Assembly (NCBI GenBank): GCA_964409245.1
Contig: CAYPCQ010000005.1
Coordinates: 30,879 to 94,878, forward strand
Source of the DNA: an uncultured Verrucomicrobiota bacterium
Lineage (GTDB): Bacteria; Verrucomicrobiota; Verrucomicrobiia; Limisphaerales; UBA1319
Length of the DNA: 64,000 bases
Direction of reading: 5' to 3'
In this document: positions 32,884 through 41,790 of the stretch, piece after piece
How positions within the stretch are numbered: the stretch's first letter is position 1
How the letters are laid out: every line of letters begins with the position of its first letter
Made by a program: the position numbers and the translations under genes
The notes under the pieces: generated by a model
The model's database searches: none
What the model was told of the DNA's origin: nothing
What the model saw: only the letters and a program-made list of their open reading frames with translations

Positions 32884-35800
32884 ATGTTGAGCATCCAGGA
32901 ACAAAGACGGCGCATCGCGGAGGAGCTTGAGCGGCTTTCCCGGCTCAAGGCTGGCCGGAAGCCTTTGGCTGCCGCTCCCGCCGCGGGGCTTCCCGTGCCC
33001 GATGGCGAACCGGAACCGGTCGCCATTATCGGGCTGTCGGGTTGCCTGCCTGGTTGCCAGTCGGTGGACGCTTTCTGGCGGGCCTTGGACGAAGACCGGC
33101 GCCTGCTCGAGGCGCCGCCCCCTGAACGTCTTTCTTTGTGGAACCAGCTTCAACCGGGATGGTCAGGACTGGCGGGGCGTGGGATCCCTGGGGGTGGTTT
33201 CATCCCCGATATCCGGAGTTTCGCCCCCGAGTTCTTTGGCGTTCTGCCTGGGCAAGCGCATGGCTTGGATCCCCGCCAGCGATTGCTGCTGATGAGTGTT
33301 TACCACACCCTGGAGGATGCGGGATACGCCCCCGGATCCCTGAAGCAAAAACCGGTCGGCGTGTTCGTGGGGATTGAGGAGGATGAATACTTCCAGACCA
33401 TGCAGGACTTCGGCATCCCGACCATCGGAGGCGATGGGCTGGCTGCCAGCATGGTGGCGAACCGCATCTCGTGGTTCTTTGATTTCCGGGGCCCAAGCGA
33501 AGTGGTTAACACGATGTGTTCCGGCGCGGCGGTGGCGCTGCACCGGGCCGTCTGTTCGCTGCGCCTGGGGGAAAGCTCGATGGCGTTGGTGGGCGCCGCG
33601 AACCTGATGCTGCGCCCCGAACCCTTCCTGCAGTTGATCCAGACCGGGCAATTGAGTCCGGACCTTTCCATCCATTCGTTTGGCCGGGATGCGCAAGGCT
33701 TCTTGAGGGCGGATGGGGTGGCGAGCGTGCTCTTGAAACGCCTGTCCCAGGCGGAATCGGACGGCGACCCGATTTATGCCGTGATCCGCAATACGGCCAC
33801 TAACTATAACGGCAAGGGGGGGATGTCCATCGCGGCGCCCGATATTGCCGCCCATGCGGAACTGATTGAACGCTGTTATCGGCAGGCCGGGATCGATCCG
33901 CGGGAGGTCCGTTACATCGAAGCGCAGGGCATGGGGCAGCCAGTGGCGGACTTGGCGGAATGGCAGGCCTGCAACCGCGCCTTGTTGAAGCTGGCCGGCG
34001 AGCGGGGTGTTCAACTGGCTCCGGGCGCTTGCCGCATTGGCAGCATCAAACCGATGACCGGCCACATGCATTCCGCTTCGGCTTTGGGTGCGCTGTTCAA
34101 GGTCATCCACTGCCTGCGGACGGAGACTATCCATAAGATCCTGGGCTTTTCGGAACTCAATGCGGATCTTGAAAGCCCGGGGCAGCCATGCGCACCCGCC
34201 CGCCACACGGAGCCATGGCCCACCTCCGGGCGGCCCCGGTTGGCGGGGTTGCATGCCTACGGAGCGGGTGGCAATAATGCGCATATCCTCATCCAGGAAT
34301 ACCGCCAGGCGCTCCCCGCGGAGCGGGAACCTGCCCTGGTGATCCTGCCGATATCGGCGGAGTCGGTTGCGCAACGGCAGGAGGTCGTCAGGCGTTTGCT
34401 GGAGGCGGTCGGGCAACATCCTGAATACACGCTGGCGCCGGTGGCCCAAACGCTGCAGCAGGGGCGCGATGAAATGGCCTGCCGGCTGGCGTTTGTGGCG
34501 GCGGATAAAACGGCCTGGATGGCCCAGGCGCGGGCTTTTCTGGCCCACCAAAACTCTCCGGGGATTTTCCGGAGTGAGGCGGCCGCGAACGGCCAGTTCC
34601 CGGATCCCATGGCCCGTGCCGGGCAGTTGGCGCAAGCCTGGGTGCAGGGAGCCGCCGGCCAGGACTGGCCAGCCTCGTCGCAACATCGCCTGCACCTCCC
34701 CGGGTATCCTTTCGCCCTCAAGGATTGCTGGTTTGATCATATTCCCCGCGAAACGCCGGCGCCTGCCCGGCCGGCAACCGGCGAGGCCATGGCCAGTGCG
34801 GAAGCGGAGGCGATCGTGCGCTCGTTGCTTGGCCGCCATCTTGAAATGCCTTCCGCGCAGGTGGATTTGGATGCCGCCTTCGTGGATCAAGGTTTCAGTT
34901 CAACGATGGTTGCCGGGGTTGCCGCTGAATTGAATCGCCGGCATTCGATCCAGCTGGAGCCAGCCCGGTTTTTTGAATTCAAAAGCCCCCGGCAGTTGGT
35001 GGGCGCGCTGATGGAATACACCGGGAAAACCGCGCCAGCCCAGGAGGCCGGCTCCCCATGTCAACCGTGTCAACCGCACGAAGTTGCGGGCGGAACGAAT
35101 GCCGCCCCTCGCCACACTCCGTTTGTCTCCATCGCGATCATTGGCCTGGCCGGGAGGTATCCGGGTGCGTCCAACTTGGAGGAATTTTGGGATAATCTGC
35201 GGAAAGGCCGGGACTGCATTACGGAGATCCCGGAAGACCACTGGCGCCTGGCGGAACATTTTGATCCGAATCCAGAGACTGCCGCCAGGAGTGGGAAGAG
35301 TTACGGGAAATGGGGAGGCTTCATTTCCGGGCTGAATGAATTTGATCCGCTCTTCTTCAAGATCTCCCCCCTGGAGGCCGAGTCCATGAATCCCAAAGAG
35401 CGGCTGGTGCTGCAAACCGTCTGGCATGTCCTGGAGGATGCGGGGCATACGCTGGAGTCTCTGGCGGGTGACCGGGTGGGGGTCTTTTTCGGGGTGACCC
35501 GTGCGGGATGGGACGCCTACCCCGGAACGTTCAGTTCGGTTGCCAACCGCGTCTCTTATTTCTGTGGTTTTCACGGGCCCAGCGTGGCAATTGACACGAT
35601 GTGTTCCTCCTCGCTGGTGGCCATCCACGAGGCCTGCCAGCACCTGCAGACCGGGGGTTGTGATATGGCGGTGGCGGGAGGAGTCAACCTGTATTTACAC
35701 CCTTCCCATTTTGTAGTCCTGGCGCATGGCCGCTTTCTTTCCCCCGACGGCAAGTGCCGTGCCTTTGGGGCAGGGGCCAATGGCATGACACCCGGGGAAG

Positions 35801-38800
35801 GCGTGGGAGCGGTTTTGCTGAAGCCACTGGCCAGGGCCTTGCGTGATGGGGATCGGATTTATGGCGTGATTCGCGGATCCGCCAGCAATCATGGGGGCAA
35901 TGCGAATGGCTTCACGGTCCCCAATCCGGCGGCCCAGAGGGATTTGGTGTTGCAGGCGCTCCAGAACGCCAGCCTCCATCCGCGCCAGATCTCGTTCGTC
36001 GAGGCGCATGGCACCGGGACAACTTTGGGCGATCCGGTGGAAATCCGGGGTCTCGCCGAGGCTTATCGGCGCCACACCCCCGAGCGCGGTTTTTGCCGGA
36101 TCGGCTCGCTCAAGAGCAACCTGGGCCACCTGGAGGCGGCCGCCGGCATCGCCTCGCTCACCAAGGTTTTGCTGCAGATGCAACACCGCGAATTGGTGCC
36201 GTCCATCCACGCCGCGGAACTGAATCCGAACATCGATTTTCCCTCAACCCCGTTTGTGGTGCAGCAGGCCTGGGAACCGTGGCGTCCCACCGATGCGGAT
36301 GGCCGGTCCATGGCCCGCCGGGCGGCGGTATCCTCCTTCGGCGCCGGGGGCAGCAACGCCCACCTGATCGTGGAAGAACCATCGATTCGGGAGAAAATCA
36401 GCCAGGAAGAAGGCCCGCAACTGATCGTGCTTTCCGCGCGGAATGAGGACCGGCTGATGGAAGCGGCGCGCGGCCTTCACGATTTCATCCAACAGCATCC
36501 AGCCACCTCGCTCCGCGATATGGCTTGCACGCTGCAGTGTGGGCGGGAGGCCATGGAGGAGCGGTTGGCCATCCCTGCGTGTTCGCTGGAGCAGCTGAAA
36601 GAAAGGCTTTTTTCAGCGCTGAATGCGCCGGGCGCCAGCGAGGCGGTTTACCGCGGCCGGGTGGAAGTGCGCTGGCATAACCGGGTGCTGTCGAAACCGG
36701 AACCGGATCACGATATTCAGCCGGAGCAATGGCTGCGGCACCGGGACTTGGAAAGCCTCGCCAAAGCGTGGGTCAATGGAGAGCGCCTCAACTGGAGCCT
36801 GCTCCATCCAGGTGAAAAGCCCAGCCGGATCAGTTTGCCATTGTACCCATTTGCCCGGGTGGTGATCCCCACGCCCGAGCTGATGCCCGAACCCGAACCT
36901 GCCCGCCCGGACACGTTCCTGCATCCGCTGGCGCAGCGAAACACTTCGACTTTGAACGCGCAGCAGTTCACCTCCACGCTCCACGGCCGGGAGTTCTTCC
37001 TCGCCCACCATGTCGTTGAGGGGCGAAAAATGCTGCCCGCGGCGGCCTATCTGGAAATGGCGCGGGCGGCCATTGAGCGGTCGTTGCCGGAACGCCCCGC
37101 CCGCCAGGCCCCGGTGGATCATGCCGTGCCGGTGTGGCGGCTCAGCCAGGTGGTCTGGATGCGTCCGTTGTGTGTGGCGGAGGAACCGATCGAGGTCCAG
37201 ATCGCGCTGCAGGGGGATGCCTCCGGGCCGGTGCGTTTTGAAATCAAGACCAGCCCGGGCCTGGCCGCCGGCCCGGAACCAGCGCACGCCCAAGGCAGCG
37301 CCAATTTTGAATTTGCCGCCCAGCCGGAGGCGATCCACCTCGAGGCCATGCGGCCGGACAGCCCGCGGCAATTTTCGGCGGATCAATGTTACGCGGTGTT
37401 CACGGCGTTGGGGATCGACTACGGCCCGGGGCATCGAGGCATCGAAAGGTTATGGGCCGGCCCCCGCCAACTGCTTGCCAAATTGCGGCTGCCGGACGCC
37501 ATCGGAGAAACGGCCGGCCAGTATGTCCTGCACCCCAGCTTGCTGGATGCGGCATTCCAGGCAACCATCGGCTTTGGCCTGCTGGAGGCGGGGGTGAAGC
37601 CGGCCGGCGAAGCGGCAGCTCCGGCCGGTAATGGCAGCATTACAATGGACCAACTGGCCCGGCTCAAGCCTTCGCTGCCCTATGCCGTGGAACAGGTGGA
37701 AGTTTTCAACCCTGGCGCGGCCCTGATGTGGGCGGTGATCCGCCGCCAGACCGATCCCGCGCAGTCAGGCGCCCTGGAAAAATTCGACCTGGACCTTTGT
37801 GACGGGCAGGGGGGCGTCCAGGTGCGCATCAGAGGCTTTAGTGCGCGGATTTTGCGGGAGCCAGGTTCCGGATCGGAAAAGCCTTCGCTCCTGCTGCACT
37901 TCCCACATTGGGAAGCAAAGGAAGCGGCATATTTGGCGGGGGAGCCGCCGTCTTTCGAGCGGCGGGTGGTGGTTAGTTGCGGCACTGAGCCTTTGACGCC
38001 GGCTGCCTTGCAGGCTGCCGGTGCGCCGCCGAATATCGAATGGCTGCCGGCCGTGATCAAGGGCAGGAAATTGGCCAAGGAATTTTTCAATGCGGTGTCG
38101 CAGACGTTCTGCGCGATCCGGAATATTCTCGAGGCCAGGCCAACGGGCGACTCATTGGTTCAAGTGATCATGGGGAGCGGGGGCCAATGGCTGGCTCATT
38201 CCGGCCTGGTGGGGATGCTGCGGACAGTCCATCTCGAGTCCCCGCGGTTATTCGGGCAAATCATCCAGTTGGACGTGCCGCCAACAGGTGATCGGCTGGC
38301 CGGGATTCTGGCCGAGAACGCGGCTGCTCCGGGCGATGCCTGGATTCGCTATATCAAGAACCGGCGCGAGGTCATCGCCTGGCGGGAATATGCCCCTTCA
38401 ATCCAGGCGGTTCCCTGGAAGAACAACGGAGTGTATTTGATCACGGGCGGCTTGGGCGGCTTGGGCCGCATCTTCGCCCGGGAGATTGCCACGAGGGCCA
38501 CCGGGGCCAACATCATCCTGATCGGACGTTCCGAGCCGGGGGAAAATGGGAACCAATTCCTGCGATCCTTGAACGACCTTGGCGCCCAGGCCGCTTACTG
38601 GCGGGTGGATCTGCGGCATGGCGGCCAGGTCCGGGAATTCATTCGGGCCATCCTGAAGGAGCGGGGAGCCATCCATGGCATCCTGCATGCGGCCGGCGTC
38701 TTGAACGATCAGTATTTGCTCAGGAAATCAATTAAAGATATTGAGACGGTGCTCGGCCCCAAGGTTGCGGGCACGGTGAATCTGGATGAGGCCACGCGGG

Positions 38801-40794
38801 ATGTGGCCTTGGATTTCCTGATCCTGTTTTCCTCGGGAGCGACGCTGGGCAATCCCGGCCAGGGGGATTACGCTGCGGCCAACGCCTTCCTCGACGGATT
38901 TGCCCATTATCGGAATGGACTGGTTGAAACGGGTCAGCGCAAGGGCAAAACCATCTCCATTGCGTGGCCCTTCTGGAAAGCGGGTGGCATGCAGATGGAC
39001 GCCGCCGCGGAGCGATCGATGATTGAGAATTCGGGCCTGATCCCGATGGATACCCAAACCGGTTTGGACGCCTTTTACCGCTGCCTGGCGAGTGCGCACC
39101 CGCAAATCCTCGTGCTGCATGGGATGCCGGCCCGTCTGCAGGAAGTGCTGGCTTACCGGCCTGAGCTTCCGGGCAGCAGCCAGCGCGTTGAAAAGCCAAA
39201 TCCGCCGGAAAAACCTGGCGCTGGGGCAGGGGAGCACTCCACCCCCAACGACGAGCTGGGCGCAAAACTTGCCGGGCATCTCAAACGGCTGATCGGGGAG
39301 ACTCTCAAGATTCAGCCCGGGGATATGCGGGCGGACCAGGATCTCTACGGGTACGGCTTGGATTCGATCATCGCCTTGGAGGTGAATAATCGCTTGGAAA
39401 AGGATTTCCCCCGGCTGTCGAAAACTCTGTTCTTCGAATATTCCACCATTCAGGAATTGGCTGGCTACTTCCTCCAGGCGCAGCGCCAAAACGTTGAGCG
39501 GTTGTTTGCCGGGCAGGCAGCTTCCCCGCCGCCACCTGCGCTGCCCGCGGAAGCCCCTTGCCCGCCAGCAACACCCGTGCCTGAAAATCCCTTGCCGCTG
39601 TCCGGACCCGGTCCGGAGCAATTGCCAGCGCTGGCCACCGAAACGCCAGTCCCCACAAACAGCCATGCGCTTATGCCAGCGGGAGATGCGCATATGCCAG
39701 CGGGAGGCCAGCGGAGGCGTTTGGCCAGCATGGACGAGGTCATCCGGGTGCGCCAATTGGATATCGACCACCCGGCTCCCAGGCCGGCCGTCCGGCCAGC
39801 CAGGGTGGAGGGGTGGCCCAACTGGCATTCGGTGTTCCAGAGTTTTGCCATTTTTGACAAAATCCAACCGGGCTTCTCCTTTTCACGAATGTTGGCAGGT
39901 GGCGATGATGCCGTCCAGGATGCGGCTTTTTATCTGCTGGGACAGGTGGATCTGCGGCGGTTGCTATTCCACAAGGAAGACTTTCAAAAAGTGTCGCGGA
40001 TCCTCGACCTGGGATGTGGCCGGGCGGCGGATCTCATGGAACTCGCCTTGAGCCATCCCGGCCTCGCGGGGCATGGGTTGACGATTGATCCCGGGGAGGC
40101 GGCCTTCGCCAACCGGATGATCCGCCGCAAAGGCCTGGCGGAGCGGGTGCGGGTTATCCTGGCGGATGGGGCGGACCATGAGTATGAGCAAAATTACGAC
40201 CTCGCTTTCAGCATCCAGATGATGCACTTCATTCCGGACTTGGAGCACAAGCGGAAGCTGCTGCGAAAGGTCGCCGCCGCGCTGCGGGAAGGCGGGGTAT
40301 TGCTTATGGCCGAGTTTGTGTGCCTGCTGGCCAAGCCCATGCGGGATCCCGCTTTGAACGTAACGGTCCATACCGCCGGGGAGTGGGCTGGGATCCTGGG
40401 CGATAGTGGTTTGGTGCTGGAGGAAGTCGTGGATGCCAGTGTCGGGATCATCAATTTTCTCCACGATCCGGACCTCGACCGGCACATTGCCGGGCTGGAT
40501 CAACCGCGGCAGCTGGAAATCCGCAAATACAACCACCAGGTCAAAGGCCTGGAGAATCGCTGGGTCGGTTATTGCGTCATGCGGGCCGTGCGGGATGGCA
40601 GCAGCGCAACGGCTGCGCAACGAGCGCAGGCCAGCCGGGAACTATTGAGCCGCCGGACAACGCCCGGGCAGGCTCGCTCTGCCAAGGCCAATGGCCGATA
40701 TGGCGCACTTTACCGGGATCTCACCGGGCATTTTCAGGACTGTGTCCTGACGGCCCGGCCTCAATTGCCACTCATCCTCAACCAAAACCACTGA
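32884..40794 (+). CDS. trans-AT PKS subunit, 2636 aa: KS0-ACP, KS-DH-KR-ACP, C-terminal SAM methyltransferase
   Basis: The track starts at TTG 32878. I prefer ATG 32884, which sits 6 nt after AGGA (32874-32877). The N-terminus MLSIQEQRRRIAEELERLSRLKAG looks like a coiled docking element. Stop is TGA 40792-40794. Confidence 0.93.
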   Translation: MLSIQEQRRRIAEELERLSRLKAGRKPLAAAPAAGLPVPDGEPEPVAIIGLSGCLPGCQSVDAFWRALDEDRRLLEAPPPERLSLWNQLQPGWSGLAGRGIPGGGFIPDIRSFAPEFFGVLPGQAHGLDPRQRLLLMSVYHTLEDAGYAPGSLKQKPVGVFVGIEEDEYFQTMQDFGIPTIGGDGLAASMVANRISWFFDFRGPSEVVNTMCSGAAVALHRAVCSLRLGESSMALVGAANLMLRPEPFLQLIQTGQLSPDLSIHSFGRDAQGFLRADGVASVLLKRLSQAESDGDPIYAVIRNTATNYNGKGGMSIAAPDIAAHAELIERCYRQAGIDPREVRYIEAQGMGQPVADLAEWQACNRALLKLAGERGVQLAPGACRIGSIKPMTGHMHSASALGALFKVIHCLRTETIHKILGFSELNADLESPGQPCAPARHTEPWPTSGRPRLAGLHAYGAGGNNAHILIQEYRQALPAEREPALVILPISAESVAQRQEVVRRLLEAVGQHPEYTLAPVAQTLQQGRDEMACRLAFVAADKTAWMAQARAFLAHQNSPGIFRSEAAANGQFPDPMARAGQLAQAWVQGAAGQDWPASSQHRLHLPGYPFALKDCWFDHIPRETPAPARPATGEAMASAEAEAIVRSLLGRHLEMPSAQVDLDAAFVDQGFSSTMVAGVAAELNRRHSIQLEPARFFEFKSPRQLVGALMEYTGKTAPAQEAGSPCQPCQPHEVAGGTNAAPRHTPFVSIAIIGLAGRYPGASNLEEFWDNLRKGRDCITEIPEDHWRLAEHFDPNPETAARSGKSYGKWGGFISGLNEFDPLFFKISPLEAESMNPKERLVLQTVWHVLEDAGHTLESLAGDRVGVFFGVTRAGWDAYPGTFSSVANRVSYFCGFHGPSVAIDTMCSSSLVAIHEACQHLQTGGCDMAVAGGVNLYLHPSHFVVLAHGRFLSPDGKCRAFGAGANGMTPGEGVGAVLLKPLARALRDGDRIYGVIRGSASNHGGNANGFTVPNPAAQRDLVLQALQNASLHPRQISFVEAHGTGTTLGDPVEIRGLAEAYRRHTPERGFCRIGSLKSNLGHLEAAAGIASLTKVLLQMQHRELVPSIHAAELNPNIDFPSTPFVVQQAWEPWRPTDADGRSMARRAAVSSFGAGGSNAHLIVEEPSIREKISQEEGPQLIVLSARNEDRLMEAARGLHDFIQQHPATSLRDMACTLQCGREAMEERLAIPACSLEQLKERLFSALNAPGASEAVYRGRVEVRWHNRVLSKPEPDHDIQPEQWLRHRDLESLAKAWVNGERLNWSLLHPGEKPSRISLPLYPFARVVIPTPELMPEPEPARPDTFLHPLAQRNTSTLNAQQFTSTLHGREFFLAHHVVEGRKMLPAAAYLEMARAAIERSLPERPARQAPVDHAVPVWRLSQVVWMRPLCVAEEPIEVQIALQGDASGPVRFEIKTSPGLAAGPEPAHAQGSANFEFAAQPEAIHLEAMRPDSPRQFSADQCYAVFTALGIDYGPGHRGIERLWAGPRQLLAKLRLPDAIGETAGQYVLHPSLLDAAFQATIGFGLLEAGVKPAGEAAAPAGNGSITMDQLARLKPSLPYAVEQVEVFNPGAALMWAVIRRQTDPAQSGALEKFDLDLCDGQGGVQVRIRGFSARILREPGSGSEKPSLLLHFPHWEAKEAAYLAGEPPSFERRVVVSCGTEPLTPAALQAAGAPPNIEWLPAVIKGRKLAKEFFNAVSQTFCAIRNILEARPTGDSLVQVIMGSGGQWLAHSGLVGMLRTVHLESPRLFGQIIQLDVPPTGDRLAGILAENAAAPGDAWIRYIKNRREVIAWREYAPSIQAVPWKNNGVYLITGGLGGLGRIFAREIATRATGANIILIGRSEPGENGNQFLRSLNDLGAQAAYWRVDLRHGGQVREFIRAILKERGAIHGILHAAGVLNDQYLLRKSIKDIETVLGPKVAGTVNLDEATRDVALDFLILFSSGATLGNPGQGDYAAANAFLDGFAHYRNGLVETGQRKGKTISIAWPFWKAGGMQMDAAAERSMIENSGLIPMDTQTGLDAFYRCLASAHPQILVLHGMPARLQEVLAYRPELPGSSQRVEKPNPPEKPGAGAGEHSTPNDELGAKLAGHLKRLIGETLKIQPGDMRADQDLYGYGLDSIIALEVNNRLEKDFPRLSKTLFFEYSTIQELAGYFLQAQRQNVERLFAGQAASPPPPALPAEAPCPPATPVPENPLPLSGPGPEQLPALATETPVPTNSHALMPAGDAHMPAGGQRRRLASMDEVIRVRQLDIDHPAPRPAVRPARVEGWPNWHSVFQSFAIFDKIQPGFSFSRMLAGGDDAVQDAAFYLLGQVDLRRLLFHKEDFQKVSRILDLGCGRAADLMELALSHPGLAGHGLTIDPGEAAFANRMIRRKGLAERVRVILADGADHEYEQNYDLAFSIQMMHFIPDLEHKRKLLRKVAAALREGGVLLMAEFVCLLAKPMRDPALNVTVHTAGEWAGILGDSGLVLEEVVDASVGIINFLHDPDLDRHIAGLDQPRQLEIRKYNHQVKGLENRWVGYCVMRAVRDGSSATAAQRAQASRELLSRRTTPGQARSAKANGRYGALYRDLTGHFQDCVLTARPQLPLILNQNH
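33010..35010 (+). other. PKS module 10 (non-elongating): KS0-ACP
   Basis: KS spans about 33010-34300, with Cys in VNTMCSGA (33517-33519). The EAHGTGT block reads IEAQGMGQ (33916-33939; Gln 33925-33927 replaces His). PMTGH is retained. ACP spans about 34810-35010 with VDQGFSSTM (34897-34902), where Ser replaces the usual Asp. Confidence 0.85.
35125..39475 (+). other. PKS module 11: KS-DH-KR-ACP
   Basis: KS spans about 35125-36380 (DTMCSSS, EAHGTGT, SNLGH). DH spans about 36918-37860 (LHPLAQRNTS; HVVEGRKMLP with His 37009-37011; LLDAAFQ). KR spans about 37900-39140 (GVYLITGGLGGLG, FSSGAT, GDYAAANAF). ACP spans about 39250-39475 (YGYGLDSII, Ser 39364-39366). Confidence 0.88.
39790..40560 (+). 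other. C-terminal class-I SAM-dependent methyltransferase domain placed after ACP11; distinct from the five in-line cMTs
   Basis: Motif I is RILDLGCGRAAD (39997-40032). It is followed by VRVILADGADHEYEQNYDLAFSIQMMHFIPD and REGGVLLMAEF (post-I, II and III-like blocks). It lacks the LE(I/V)GAGTG(G/A)T(T/S) and NVLHAT signatures shared by the five cMTs. Confidence 0.7.
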
Positions 40795-40796
40795 CT

Positions 40797-41790
40797 ATGA
40801 ACCATCAGGTCATCCATGAGCATGAGTTGGGCAAGCATCCCGAGCTGGAGCAGTTGGTGCGGGAAATCGACGAAAGGCATCCGCCGGTGGGATATGAGCG
40901 TTTGCTTTACCCCTGGCTCCTGATCATGCCCGAAAGCCAGGCTTATGCGCGGCTAATTCTCAACCAGGCCAGCCAGCTCATCATTCCGCTCCTGCCGATC
41001 GACGAATCTGCCTATCAGCACCTGGACGCCTTCAGCCGGGCCTCCGGCTTGGGGATTCTCCTGGTTGATCGATTCCATCCCTGGCTGGCCCAAACCGGGC
41101 TGCGGCTCGTGCCGGTGGGGGTGCTTCAGAATATTGAGCTGGGCGCCTTCAGCTTGCAGGGAAACCGCATGCGCAAGCTGCGCTACATGGTGAACCGGTT
41201 CGCCAGCTCGGGGAGGGCAAGGACCGTGGAATATGCCCCCCAGGACCGGCCCCCGTTCCCGGCGATGATCGAATTGATGGAGGCCTGGGGAAAGGCCAAG
41301 AATAATGTCATCTGGCACACCGCCCTTTGCATGGAACATCTGCTGAAGGGGGAATTGCCCGCCGGGCACCGGGCTTTTCTGACCTTCCTGGATGACCGGC
41401 TATGTTCCATCATCGTGGTCGAGGCTTTTGGGCGGTTGGGCTGCTTGATGGATCAGGAGTTTTACGATCCGGAAAACGCGCCGCTGGGCCACATGGAATT
41501 TGCCATTGTGGAAATGATGGAGCGTTTGAGGACGGAAGGCCTGCAGGTGCTGTCGCTCGGAGCCACCTGGCATCCGTTTACCTTTGGGGACCATCCCCAT
41601 ACCGATCCTGAAGGCTGGGCCTGGCTTAAGAAAAACCACGAACGCCCGACGCTCCTCGGGAAAATCTTTGCGCAAGGGCAGTCCAACTACCAGTTCAAGA
41701 AAAAATTCGGGGTCGAAGGTGAGCCGTTATTCGCCTATCTGCCACCGGCTGCCCCCTGGTCCACGATCCTCAATTATTGGACCGTTTTTT
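40797..41790 (+). other. DUF2156 / LPG_synthase_C-like domain (fold of the MprF C-terminal aminoacyl-tRNA-dependent aminoacyl transferase)
   Basis: FSLQGNRMRKLRYMVNRF (GNRMRKLRYMVNRF = 41160-41201), ..NAPLGHMEFAIVEMMERLRTEGLQVLSLGATW.. and SNYQFKKKFG (41682-41711) match, in the same order, blocks I recall from MprF-type C-terminal domains (F(T/S)LSGKKMRGLRxxxNK; DAPxGIMDFL...GYxYFNLGMAPL; YNFQGLRRFKEKY). This is motif recall, not an HMM score. Confidence 0.6.

Noticed and set aside
39673-39706. A 13-bp direct repeat, atgccagcgggag, at 39673-39685 and 39694-39706 with a 21-nt period, giving MPAGDAH/MPAGGQR
   Set aside because: It is a small in-frame duplication inside the Pro/Ala-rich linker between ACP11 and the C-terminal MT. 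It is most simply explained as replication slippage in a low-complexity linker, with no evidence of function.
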